A stretch of 64,000 bases of DNA, taken from positions 16,244,001 through 16,308,000 of the forward strand of contig JBHGNT010000010.1 in the NCBI GenBank assembly GCA_043228905.1. Direction: 5' to 3'. Shown piece by piece: positions 38,101 through 49,742 of this stretch. The notes beneath the pieces were generated by a model. That model saw only the letters and a program-made list of their open reading frames with translations. It had not been told where the DNA came from and did not search any database. The DNA is from Azolla caroliniana (taxonomy: Eukaryota; Plantae; Polypodiophyta). Position 1 is the stretch's first letter. Each line of letters starts with the position of its first letter. Both the position numbers and the translations under genes were made by a program.

Positions 38101-38558
38101 GAGAGACATATGTCATTGCTATGTGGGTCGTTGATGTCATAGACATATGCCACAGAGGAAGGTAGGGATTGAACCCAAGACCTCATGGTCTCTATTGGGC
38201 AAACCCTACCACTTGAGCTACATATGCATCCTTATATTTAATTCAACTTCATATAGTGTAGATTGAACATTGGAAGTTCCTAGCTTACATGCATTCTCAT
38301 TCTCTAGCTTGCATGCTTCCTCATGCGTACTCTATTGCATGCATCCTCATGCACTATTTCTAACTGGCTTACATAGCCCTACCCTCTTGTATAAATACTC
38401 ATGTGCACCTTGATTCTAATCAAGGTGTACAACACAAGTTACGGATTCTATAAGTTGAGTTCTTGTTCTTTTCCTCTCTCTTGTTCTCCAGTCTTATCTT
38501 CATTCTACTCTATTATACTTGTCCGTGACAGTTTGTACACCTTCCTTTTCTTGCTACC

Positions 38559-39596
38559 ATGTCCGGCTCCGTCGACAACCTAAACCAAATCATGGCAGCC
38601 TTGCAACAACTTCAACTAGAGAATGAAATCCTTCGGGAATCATTACGAGAGTTGCAATCCGGCACTTCAAGAAATCCACTAGCCGTCGAGTCACAACCAC
38701 CGTCGACACCTAGCCCGACCATGTCCTCTTCTCATCCATATGTCCTTGAACCAACCATTAGCCTACCCGACAAATTCAATGGCACGAGGGCGTATCTTCG
38801 TGGCTTCATCAACCAAATTCAGCTTATCATCCGATTACAGCCCCAACGGTATGCTAGCGACTTTTCTCGGGTTGGGCTTGTCGGCACGCTTCTCTCTAGG
38901 CCGGCGCAAGCGCGGTTTGCACCCTTGATCGAGACCTCATCCCTTCTCTTGGAGGACTTCACCGCTTTCATGGAGGAGCTCGAAGCGACATTTGGCAAGA
39001 TAGATCGGCGACGAACGGCACTCACAGAGCTTTATTCTGTCCAACAAGGTTCACGTCCTGCCTTGATCTACGCCTCAGAGTTCCGCCAGATTACCTGTGA
39101 TGTTAGTTGGGATGACCAAGCCCTATGCGACCATTTCTGTCGTGGTCTCTGAAATGACGTCAAGACTCTTCTCTTAAACTTCCTGGAGCCCACATCGTTG
39201 TCTCATGTAATCTCCCAAGCTGTCCTGTGTGACAATCGTCTTTTCGAACTTCGTCAAGAAGAACGGGGGACTCGCGGGTCTCAGGCTTCTTCTAGGAACG
39301 CAGCAATCACTAGGCCCTACTTGTCACCCACACCAACCTTACCATCAGCTAGTGAAAACCATACCACAATGGAGGTCGATTCCCATACCCCGATGGAGAT
39401 CAACCATGCTCGGTTCCAACCATTAACTGAAGCCCAACGCCAACATCGTTGGGACAATGGACTCTGTCTCTATTGTGGCAACCCCAGCCATGTCATCTGC
39501 CACTGCCCTGTGCGAGGCCCTCGACACCAATTCCATTGTGCATGTCTTGCGGAGGTTCCTCGACAACAGGAAAACGACCAAGTCCGGCTGCAGTAA
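38559..39596 (+). pseudogene. O2 gag with internal TGA at 39150-39152
   Basis: EPTISLPDKFNG, QQGSRPA..YASEF, LCLYCGNPSHVICHC zinc knuckle. Confidence 0.9.
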
Positions 39597-40143
39597 GAGC
39601 CATGCCGTTGGACGCTTCCCGTTACTCACCTTCTCCAGTCCGAACCGCCATTAGGAGGGTTTTCTTTGCAAGTAAGTCTTTGTTTTGGTTCGTATTAGAG
39701 ATTAGGTACTAAAGTAAGCATAAAATAAGGATATATCAATGATAGATCTAGAAAGAATAGAGAGAAAAGAGAGAAAGAAGGGTGCCGATCCACCCGACCA
39801 CCCCCGAGCGAAGGGATCGAGACGGACTCGAGCCTCGATCGGCGTCCCATACTACCGCCTTGGCGTCGAGTCGTACCTGGACGATAGCGCGCTTGCTACA
39901 AGAGTCGTTCCACTCACGGACAGAGTCTCAACGTAGTCAATGCATGCCCCAATGAGGGTAGCTAGGCCTCTTATTTATAGTAATTCTCAAGGCCCCCAGC
40001 CATGTTCACACTTGGCCTCATGGGTTGTCTCAATCCCGAGGATTAAAAGTAATCCTCCCCTTCTTTAGACTCTTTGTTTAACCCTCACACTTATCCACGT
40101 GTATAGAATACTACGACAATTCTCACCACGGGATATTATATGG

Positions 40144-43100
40144 TCATGCCCGTAACATACTCCCCCTCTTTAAAACATTGCACTCTTGCAATGGAAAGTT
40201 AGGGAAGTTAGTTCTTAGAGTCGTTTCGCGTTCCCATGTGGCATCTTTGATTGATTTATCCATCCATTTTATTTTAAATTCTCGGATTTCCTTAGCACGT
40301 AATTTTTTTGTTTTAACATCGAGAATTCTTTCTGGTACATGTGGTTTAGAAGATAAATCTTCAGAAGTAACCAGAGTTTCAGTTGTAACTGTATTGTCGC
40401 CAGAACCTAGAAGTTCTTTTAGACGACTTACATGAAAGACTGGATGGATTCCAACACCATCGGGAAGAGCGAGACGATAGGCTGATGATCCAATGCGTTT
40501 GAGGACTGTAAAAGGTCCACAAAACCGTGGGGCTAACTTAGCGCACTTACCCGTAGACAATGTCTTAGAATTGTGAGGTACACGTAAAAATACCTTCTGT
40601 CCAGGGCTGAATACACGAGGTTGCCTGTGATGATCGGCATAAAAACGCGCTCTATCTTGAGCTGTTTTTATATTATCCCGTGCAATATGCAACATATCTT
40701 GCATATCCCGAAGAAAGTTTTGCGTACTTCGCAACTCATCATGATGTATATTAACATCAATCGGGGCTCGTGGCTGAAATCCATACATCAACATAAAAGG
40801 ACTATATCCCGTCGACGTATGCTTGGAGCTGTTATAAGCAAACTCCAAAATTGGGAGGTAACGTTCCCATTTTGTTGGTTTTGCACCAACGTATGCTCGA
40901 AGCATGTCCTCAATAATTTGATTTACTCGTTCTGTCTGTCCATCGGATTGAGGATGATCCGTGGAGCTCATGCTCAACGTAGTTTCTAACTTCTTAAAGA
41001 CTTGCGTCCAGAAGTCACTAGTAAACTTCGGATCTCGGTCACTCACGATATCCATCGGTAACCCGTAAAAACGAAATAACTCATCAACGAATTGGTAAGC
41101 CAATTCAGGAGCTGTTACCGTGGTTTTAGTAGCAATAAATCTGGCCATTTTAGTTAGTCTGTCAACCACAACCCATATGGCATCATGACCTTTTTGGGTG
41201 CGAGGAAGGCTAACAATAAAATCCATGGATATACTTTCCCACTTATTATTGGGAATGTCCAAGGGATGTAAAAGTCCTGCGGCTTTAAGTCGCTCGGCTT
41301 TGTTAACCTGACATTGGTGACATTTAGTCACATAGCTATGTATGTCAGGACGCATCTTAGGCCAATAAAATTGAGTGGAGATGAGAACGAGTGTACGATG
41401 TATTCCAGGGTGCCCTGCTGAGGGTGCATCATGGCATTCAAAAAGAATTCTCTTTTTGACCTCAGGTAAATCTGGAACACAAACCTTCCCATTACGGTAG
41501 AGCAGACCGTTAGCAATGTGGAAGTATTCCTTCGAGGGTGTGGTGGTGTCTGTTCCAGACTCGACTCTTGCCCAGTATTTTGCAAAATAATTGTCATCAG
41601 GATACTTTCCTCGAAGGTGATCATAAAGATCTGATGTTATTTCAGTGAAGCTAAGCATGTTAACTTCACGGATGCGACTTAGTGCATCAGCGACAGTATT
41701 CATGGAACCTTTACGATATCGTATGGAAAAATCAAAGTCCTGGATGAGATCAGCCCATCGTGCCTTACGACCTTTCAGGTCTTGTTGGTCACAAAAATAT
41801 TTCAAGGACTCGTGGTCCGTAGTTACCACAAAGCGATTTCCATAAAGATAATGGCGCCATGTTTTGAGCGCATGTATAACCGCAAATAATTCCTTTTCTT
41901 GAACGGTATACCGACATTGAGCAGAATCAAGTTTCTTACTCTCGAATGCTATTGGTTTACCATCTTGATACAAGACAACACCTATAGCATAATCGCTTGC
42001 GTCGGTTTCAACCTCAAAAGGTTTTGAAGGATCGGGTAAAAGAAGTGAAGGAGCCTTGCATACCAAGTCCTTGAGTTCCTTAAAGGCGAGGTCTAGTGTA
42101 GCATTCCACACAATAGGTTTTGTAGACTTACGCGTTTGACCTTTTAGAAGATCAGTAAACGGCGTCGTCAATTGTGAGTAATTACGAAGAGATTTTCGCA
42201 AAAATCCGACAAAACCAAGGAATGATCGAACTTCTCGAATATTCCGAAGAGTGGGCCAAAGTTTGATTTTCTCGATGCGAGAAGGATCAATTTCAACTCC
42301 TCGTTCGGTTATGAGATGTCCAAGATAAGTAATTGATTTCTTGAAGAACTCACATTTTGAGATCTTCGCGTAAAATTGTTTGTCACGCAATATTTGTAAA
42401 ACAAAGCGGACATGTCTAGCATGTTCTTGTAATGTACGGCTATAAACTAAAATATCATCTAAGAAGATAACGACAAATTTTCCAAGTTGTTCTCGGAAAA
42501 TGTCATTCATTTCTTGTTGAAATGTAGTCGGAGCATTGGTCAAACCAAAAGGCATAACCAAAAACTCATAATGACCGTAGCGCGTACGAAATGCTGTTTT
42601 AGGAACATCGTCCTCACTTATTCGTATTTGATGGTAGCCAGTACGGAGATCAAGTTTCGTAAAATACCGAGCTCCCTGGAGACGGTCAATTAGATCGTCA
42701 GCCCGGGGCAATGGGTACGAATTCTTGATCATCACTTTATTCAAGCGTCGGTAATTAATACACATACGCCATGTGCCCTCTTTCTTTTTAACCAAGAGAA
42801 CTGGTGCACCCCATGGAGATTTACTATAACGTATATAACCCATTCGTAAATAGTCCTTAAGTTGCTTAGCTACCTCATCCTCTTCAGATCGACTTAGGCG
42901 ATACGGAGGTATACTAATGGGTGCAATGCCAGGTACAATATCTATATGATGGTCTATATTACGTTTAGGAGGTAAACCATCGGGTAGTTCACTCGGAAAA
43001 ACATCACGAAAATCGTTTACGATTTCATCAAGTTGTTTTTGTTCAAAATATGTTAATTGACCCGAGACATTATCGATATTGTAAACGTGAATGTCCGGAT

Positions 43101-43416
43101 CAAGTACACAATAAAATAACGTAGAACAAGACAACTCGGATATTGATGGACACGAGGAAACAATCGAGAGGGATTGTTTTGTTACACATTGAATAAAATG
43201 CGTACAATCGTTGAGTACAAAAGAAATGGAATGGCGAACCCAATCAATAAATAAAGAAGAGCTTTTATTATAAAACCAGGGATAACCCAGTATTACATCG
43301 GTGGTACTAAGATTCATTACATGGAAGTCTACTTCCTCTATATAGGTATCAATAGAAATTCCTAAAGAATGAATCGCCCCGTTGATGTGTTGTACTCTTC
43401 CATCAGCCAAGTGCAC
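40144..43416 (-). CDS. N2 pol (PR C-term, RT, RNase H, integrase, chromodomain); upstream in-frame TGA at 43453-43455 inside the protease
   Basis: 1090-aa ORF: [53 protein letters not shown]...ATWE; LFDSGSSHNF in same-frame ORF 43453-43773. Confidence 0.92.
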   Translation of the reverse strand: MHLADGRVQHINGAIHSLGISIDTYIEEVDFHVMNLSTTDVILGYPWFYNKSSSLFIDWVRHSISFVLNDCTHFIQCVTKQSLSIVSSCPSISELSCSTLFYCVLDPDIHVYNIDNVSGQLTYFEQKQLDEIVNDFRDVFPSELPDGLPPKRNIDHHIDIVPGIAPISIPPYRLSRSEEDEVAKQLKDYLRMGYIRYSKSPWGAPVLLVKKKEGTWRMCINYRRLNKVMIKNSYPLPRADDLIDRLQGARYFTKLDLRTGYHQIRISEDDVPKTAFRTRYGHYEFLVMPFGLTNAPTTFQQEMNDIFREQLGKFVVIFLDDILVYSRTLQEHARHVRFVLQILRDKQFYAKISKCEFFKKSITYLGHLITERGVEIDPSRIEKIKLWPTLRNIREVRSFLGFVGFLRKSLRNYSQLTTPFTDLLKGQTRKSTKPIVWNATLDLAFKELKDLVCKAPSLLLPDPSKPFEVETDASDYAIGVVLYQDGKPIAFESKKLDSAQCRYTVQEKELFAVIHALKTWRHYLYGNRFVVTTDHESLKYFCDQQDLKGRKARWADLIQDFDFSIRYRKGSMNTVADALSRIREVNMLSFTEITSDLYDHLRGKYPDDNYFAKYWARVESGTDTTTPSKEYFHIANGLLYRNGKVCVPDLPEVKKRILFECHDAPSAGHPGIHRTLVLISTQFYWPKMRPDIHSYVTKCHQCQVNKAERLKAAGLLHPLDIPNNKWESISMDFIVSLPRTQKGHDAIWVVVDRLTKMARFIATKTTVTAPELAYQFVDELFRFYGLPMDIVSDRDPKFTSDFWTQVFKKLETTLSMSSTDHPQSDGQTERVNQIIEDMLRAYVGAKPTKWERYLPILEFAYNSSKHTSTGYSPFMLMYGFQPRAPIDVNIHHDELRSTQNFLRDMQDMLHIARDNIKTAQDRARFYADHHRQPRVFSPGQKVFLRVPHNSKTLSTGKCAKLAPRFCGPFTVLKRIGSSAYRLALPDGVGIHPVFHVSRLKELLGSGDNTVTTETLVTSEDLSSKPHVPERILDVKTKKLRAKEIREFKIKWMDKSIKDATWERETTLRTNFPNFPLQECNVLKRGSMLRA

Positions 43417-43933
43417 CGTGTAGGTGTGATCACTTACGGTGGGTTGGATTCCTCATATCTGTACCAAACGATCATTCACAAAATTGTGTGAGCTTCCCGA
43501 ATCAAATAAAAATTGTACGGGAGATCCATTGATATACCCGTTTGCACGTAGTAAATCATTGGGACCCAATACATAATGAGGGAAAGAACATTGACAATTA
43601 CTCAAATGATGTGTATAGACCTGAAGGACATTAGGAATCTGACCTTTATGATCTGTAGCTTTAGGTTTGGCGTCGTGCTCTTTTCGTTGGAGCTTACGAC
43701 ATTGCTCTTTTGTATGACCCTTCTTTTTGCAGAATACGCAAAAAGGATGTTGTCGCTTATAATCGCGATCCATGAATTCGTTGGGTGTCTTGCGTTTCCC
43801 AACGAATTGCGACTGCTTAGTCCCGGGCGCTTCGTTGGGTTTGTTATGGTCCTTCTTCGAAGTGCGTTGATAGCCCTAGCAATAACCCTAGCAAGCTTTC
43901 TTCTTTATCCTTCTTTCTTTTTCCCCCGCGGTT

Positions 43934-45061
43934 ATGGAGTCGGTCAGCAAGCAAGAGTATATGCGTGTCCTTTCGGAGCTCGATATGCTCACCACTAAGT
44001 TTGTGGCATTAGAGCAAGAAAATCAAAGGCTACTCGGGGATCTTCAACAAGTCAGTACTGAGAAAGCTCATCAATATGAGGAGTTATCACAACGGGTTCA
44101 TCAACTTGAGGCTACTATATTAACATTACGAGAACAAGCGGCGGGGGTTCAAAACTCCCCAAGGGAACCAAAGATTAGCCTCCCTGCCAAGTTTGATGGT
44201 ACCAGATCTCTCTTTCGAGGTTTCCTGAATCAAGTTCATTTGGTGATTCAGTTACATCCCAATCGGTATCCAACTGATGCTGCCCGTGTGGGATTAATAG
44301 GAACCTTGCTAAGCGGTACAGCGTTAGCATGGTTTGCACCACTTCTTGAGAAGAAATCACCATTACTGGAGGATTTCGAGGCATTCGTTAAGGAGTTTCA
44401 AGCTAGTTTTGGAGATACGGATAGCACTAGGACTGCAATAAACAAGATTCGAAGACTCCGACAAGGAGATCGTCCCGCTTCAGCTTATGCCGCAGATTTC
44501 CGTCTCTTGGCATGCGACATTCCTTGGGATGAGGCAGCCTTAATGGATCAATTCCGTCAGGGTTTGCGTAACGATGTCAAAGATCTTCTTCTTACTTTCC
44601 ATGAAGATCCAAAGTCTCTTACTGAAGCTATTAGCCGAGCTGTGCGATGTGATAATCGCCTATTTGAGCGACGTTCTGAACGTCAACAAATGTTACGCCG
44701 CCAACCGGAACAGACATACGCTTCTATAGTCACCACACCGCCACAAGGTTCTAGACCCGTTACGAGGGATGGTCCCACTCCGATGGAAATAGAGTCGACA
44801 CAACGTCGAGGGCCCTTATCAGATGCTGAGAAACAACGACGTCGGGCGCATCGCCTATGCCTCTACTGTGGTGGTCCAGGACATATAGCTGTGAATTGTC
44901 CACATAAACCCAGGCGTCAAGTTTACCAAGTAAGTGCACATGACAACCCTACATCAAGTTCTACTATCACTTCTAATAACTTAAGTACTAAGCCTACTAG
45001 CCCATGCCATGAGAATAGATTTGATGTCTTGAGCCAATTAGAGGATGTGTTAAACGAATAA
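43934..45061 (+). CDS. N3 Gag (PEG10/Ty3-like capsid plus CCHC knuckle)
   Basis: 375 aa: EPKISLPAKFDG, WFAPLL, LRQGDRPASAYAADF, LCLYCGGPGHIAVNC. Confidence 0.92.
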   Translation: MESVSKQEYMRVLSELDMLTTKFVALEQENQRLLGDLQQVSTEKAHQYEELSQRVHQLEATILTLREQAAGVQNSPREPKISLPAKFDGTRSLFRGFLNQVHLVIQLHPNRYPTDAARVGLIGTLLSGTALAWFAPLLEKKSPLLEDFEAFVKEFQASFGDTDSTRTAINKIRRLRQGDRPASAYAADFRLLACDIPWDEAALMDQFRQGLRNDVKDLLLTFHEDPKSLTEAISRAVRCDNRLFERRSERQQMLRRQPEQTYASIVTTPPQGSRPVTRDGPTPMEIESTQRRGPLSDAEKQRRRAHRLCLYCGGPGHIAVNCPHKPRRQVYQVSAHDNPTSSSTITSNNLSTKPTSPCHENRFDVLSQLEDVLNE

Positions 45062-48000
45062 GTCCGGCCAAAATAGGAGCCATTTGGTTGGACCATCCTA
45101 GTTATGTAGAGTCAGTACCTAGTTGTGGTTCCATTTCATCAAATCAAGTTAGTAGAGTTTTTTCTGCACAAGTCGAGCTTAGCACATCTACAGGTCATCG
45201 CGCCCTAGCCTCTGCCCTCCTAGATTCCGGAGCCAATTCTTGTTTCATGGATCGCGAGTTTGCATTGACTCAAAACATCATCTTGAAAAAACTCCCAAAC
45301 CCAGTAGCTATAGGAGTCATCGATGGTCGCCCTATAGCATTAGGAGATATAGTCGAAGAGTCTGAACCAATTCGTGTAGTCCTAGGTAATTTGGCTAGTG
45401 TCATCTCATTTAACATCATTAGTAGTCCGGAGCACTCTCTAGTTCTTGGTCTTCCTTGGTTTGAGTTACATAACCCAACCATTGATTGGAGAAAAAGAAC
45501 TATTGAAGAGGTCACCGTACAATCCAAGTCTCTTGAAGCTCCAACTAAGGATCTAGGATCCCCCACAATTTCAACAATCTCTATACATCAATTACGAGAG
45601 GATGGAAGAAAGGAAGACATGATGGTATTTGCGGTTTTAGCAACTCCCTCATCTAGCTCACAAGAATTGGGGGTCCAACTACCAAAGAAGTACATAGAAT
45701 TCTCCGATGTGTTCGATAAGGTGAAGGCTAATAGACTACCAGAGCATCGACCATATGATTGCCCAATTGATTTGCAGCCAGGAAAAGAGCCTCCATGGGG
45801 ACCAATTTATAATCTTTCACCCACGGAGTTAGAGGTTCTTCGAGAATATATCAATGAGAACTTGGCAAATGGTTTTATCCAACATTCAAAATCTCCTGCT
45901 GGTGCACCCATCTTTTTTGTTAAGAAGAAAGATGGTACGCTTCGTATGGTCGTGGATTATCGAGGCTTGAATAAAGTGACCGTTAGAAACCGATATGCTC
46001 TCCCATTGATCTCAAGCCTTCTAGAACGCCTCAGTGAAGCAAAGTATTTCACGAAGTTAGATCTTCGAGGTGCCTACAACCTTGTTCGAATTCGTCCTGG
46101 GGATGAATGGAAGACGGCGTTCCGCACTCGCTATGGTCATTTTGAGTACACAGTGATGCCTTTTGGCCTCACAAATGCACCAGCAGTCTTCCAACATATG
46201 GCGAATGATATTTTTCGAGACTTCCTCGATATCTTCATCATTGTTTACCTGGATGATATCTTGATCTACTCAAAAACTCAAGAAGAACATGATATACATG
46301 TTCGCCAAGTTTTGCAACGGCTACGAGAGTATGGTCTCTATGCAAAATTGGAGAAGTGTAGTTTCGACCAACGTCAAGTGGAGTTTTTGGGGTACATAGT
46401 CTCTTCAAATGGCATCTCTATGGATCCATCAAAGGTTCAAACAATTTTGGATTGGCAAACACCACAGTCCGTGCGAGATGTGCAATGTTTTTTGGGGTTC
46501 GCAAACTTTTATCGCAAGTTCATCAAAGACTATTCAAAAATTGTGTTGCCCCTCACTCAACTGACGCACAAGAATCGATCATTTGTATGGAGTATAGATG
46601 CGAACTCTGCATTTGAGGGTTTAAAGCAAGCATTTACATCCGCACCAATCTTAATCCATGTCGATCCAATGAGGCGCTTTATACTTGAAGCTGATGCATC
46701 GGATTTCGCACTCGGAAGTGTACTATCCCAAATTGGTGATGATGGTGAACTGCATCCGGTGGCTTTTCACTCACGAAAATTTGAAGCCGCAGAAATCAAT
46801 TATGAGATTCACGACAAAGAGCTTCTTGCCATTGTGGATTCTTTTCAACAATGGCGTCATTTTCTGGAGGGTTCTTCTCAGCAGATTATTGTCTACAATG
46901 ATCATAAAAATCTAACATACTTTCAAAGTGCTCGAGTCTTGAATCGACGACAAGCTCGTTGGGCGCAGTTCTTAACTCGTTTCGATTTTGTAATTCTATA
47001 TCGCCCTGGGATGCAACAAGGAAAAGCAGATGCTTTATCTAGACGTTCGTATATGGAACTTCAACCTGGAGAGGCCGCATTTGAAAGCCAAAAGCAAATC
47101 CTCTTAGGTCCTGATCGTCTACGAATAATGGCAATGCATACCATCAACACACCGGGAGATTCAAGGCTTCTTGATTCCATTCGTGAGCAAATTGCGACTG
47201 ATGCGTTCGCCCAAGAGGTTTTGAGCCATATTATCCCAAATCGTGCATCTAGCTCCCAAACTCAAAATCCTCGTCTAGACTACACCCAGTTTAGTTGGCA
47301 TGATGGGTTACTTTTTCGACAAACTCTCTTGTATGTGCCTGACGGTCCTTCTCGACTCAAAGTCATGCAACAATGTCATGACACACCAATGGCGGGACAC
47401 TTCGGCATCCACAAGACTTTTGAGTTGATTTCTCGCCGATATTGGTGGCCACGGTTTCGCCATTTTGTTACGGATTATGTTCGTAGCTGTGATACATGTT
47501 GCCGATCAAAAAAGCCTCGACATCATCCATATGGCTTATTACAGCCAATGCCTATTCCGGAGAGCCCATGGAAATCTATTTCCTTGGACTTTATTACGGA
47601 TCTTCCACCTTCCAAGGGATTTGATTCGATTCTCACGGTTGTCGATCGTTTTACGAAGATGGCACATTTCCTTCCATGCACAAAGACCATTACTAGTCAA
47701 GAGACAGCTGATTTACTCATGCGGGAGGTGTTTCGCCATCATGGTCTTCCGGATGATATTATCAGTGATCGGGGTCCCCAATTCATCTCGAAATTTTGGC
47801 GGCACATGTTCAGACTCTTACATACTTCTTGTAAACTCTCTTCCGGCTACCATCCAGAGACTAATGGGTAGAGTGAGCGCACCAACCAAACAGTCGAGCA
47901 ATATCTACGTTGTTTTGTCAACTATCAACAAGATGATTGGGTGGATTTACTACCTTTGGCAGAATTTGCTTATAACAACTCCGAGCATTCTTCTACTGGA

Positions 48001-48693
48001 TATTCCCCATTTTTTGCAAACATTGGGTACCATCCTCGTTGGACGATGCTTGAACATCCTGAACTCCCAAAAAACCCAGCTGCTGAAGATCGGCTCACTC
48101 GACTCCAAGAAGTTCAGGATATGCTTTTGCATCATTTATGTGAAGCCCAAAACACTCAAAAGAAGATTGCTGACCGTCATCGGCGTGATTCATCGACTAC
48201 ATTTCAAGTAGGCGATCGTGTATGGCTCTTACAAGGTAGCATTAAAACGACCCGACCTTGCTACAAATTGGATTATCAACGTTTTGGCCCATATGTCATA
48301 AGTGGTAAGATCAATGATGTGACATTTCGTCTTGATCTTCCTCCTCATATGCGTCTTCACCCGGTCTTCCATGTTTCACTTTTGGAGCCTTACACAACGA
48401 GCTCTATTCCGGGTCGTGTTACACCTCCCCCACCTCCAATTGACGTTTCCAATGGCTCTGAATATGAGGTTGCCGCTATCCTCAACTCCAAGATCATTCG
48501 CAACAAACTATACTACTTGGTTGATTGGTTAGGCTATACACCTAATGATCGAACATGGGAGCCTGCCGAACATCTTGCCAATGCCTCCGACATGGTTGTT
48601 GCATTTCACAACCAATATCCTCATAAACCAAGTCTGAACTCTTTTCTTCCGACTCGTGCAACTCGTCATCGAAAAGGGGGGATAATGTCATGA
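45049..48693 (+). pseudogene. N3 pol in the -1 frame (PR-RT-RH-INT-chromodomain), single in-frame TAG at 47869-47871
   Basis: LLDSGANSCF, YLDDILIYS, ADASDFALG, HDTPMAGHFG, SLDFITDLP, YEVAAILNS..YYLVDWLGY..TWEP; ORFs 45088-47871 and 47941-48693 share one frame. Confidence 0.92.
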
Positions 48694-49032
48694 AGACATA
48701 CATCTTGGCTTATCATGACATTCATCTTGGCGAACCAGGAATCGAACCCATAACCTCTTGGTTTACATATTGTACTTTAACCATTGTAATAACATATGTG
48801 AGATGTAATCATAATAATTATATGTTTAGTTATTACGAGATATTTAGAACATTCTAGAATCTAGAATGTTCTAAATATCTCGTAATAACTAAACATATAA
48901 TTATTATGATTACATCTCACATATGTTATTACAATGGTTAAAGTACAATATGTAAACCAAGAGGTTATGGGTTCGATTCCTGGTTCGCCAAGATGAATGT
49001 CATGATAAGCCAAGATGTATGTCTTCATGACA
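48686..49032. repeat. perfect 347-bp palindrome made of the LTR U3 half
   Basis: 173-bp arms are exact reverse complements around a single central base at 48859 (ATTCTAGA-A-TCTAGAAT). Confidence 0.95.
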
Positions 49033-49742
49033 ATAGCGAAGAACTATCTCAACGGCCTCTTCGAAGGATTTTGGATCCTTATCGTGCACTATCCAGTGAT
49101 AGTCCGAATTGGGGATGCCATTGACAAAACAAGCTATTAACCAACTGTCCCCTTCTAGACCCGATTTTTGGATTTGGGTTCTAGCATGGTGGACATAATC
49201 TTCTAGCGAGGAAAACTTCCTGCTAGAGAGGTTCATTAAAGCTTGTGCTGCCTCGGTTCGAGAGGGAGGTTGTAGAAATTGACCCTTGAAAACTGTGACA
49301 AAGTCTGTCCAGGTCTCGGGCAATCTCCCCAAAGTTCGGAGCCCACGCCACCAAGCGGCGGCCTTACCCCCTAGTTCTCGGCCGACATATGCAATCTTCG
49401 TACTATCTGGGGTGGGATAGAGCTCAAAATGAGACTCCCATCGGCCCAGCCACGTGCAGATTGCTTCTTCGGTTCTTTCCTTTTTATCTCCCGTAAATGG
49501 CTTTACGACAAAGGATGGTTCACCCTGACGCTCATCAGGTCTATTAATCTCATTTTGGAGACTAATGACTCGTGCCTCGAGAGCACTTTGAGATTGCCGA
49601 AATTCGGTCAACTGCTGCGCGGTTGAACTAAGGAAATGTTGTACTTGTAAAATATACGCCTCAATGGACATTGTCCCAGGAGGATTTCCTTGAGGTCTTT
49701 CCGCTTGAGCGGAGGGCATCGGGTCGTTATTTTGAGCCATTG
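49033..49742 (-). pseudogene. N2 gag N-terminal part, interrupted by N3
   Basis: VKPFTGD, LGGKAAAWW, WTDFVTVFKGQF retrotransposon-gag motifs; zinc knuckle FCVFCKKKGH lies at 43453-43773. Confidence 0.85.

Larger units (their letters stand above)
43931..49032 (+). mobile_element. Tcn1-like chromovirus N3 inserted in N2 gag; no 5' LTR, palindromic LTR at the right end
   Basis: Intact gag, near-intact pol, PPT AAAAGGGGGGATAA before TG at 48686; N2 gag continues on both sides. Confidence 0.92.

Noticed and set aside
38143-38227. Functional tRNA gene
   Set aside because: Anticodon stem does not pair, 12 extra nt separate the T arm from the acceptor strand, and it is part of an LTR; reported as a tRNA-like module instead.
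39739-39936. Duplicated 65-aa ORF (also 51486-51683) as a small gene pair
   Set aside because: Both lie in the two LTRs of N2; the duplication is explained by LTR identity.
49000-49032. C-terminus CHEDIHLGLS of ORF 49000-49830 as true gag end
   Set aside because: These codons come from the inserted N3 LTR arm; real N2 gag continues left of 43930.
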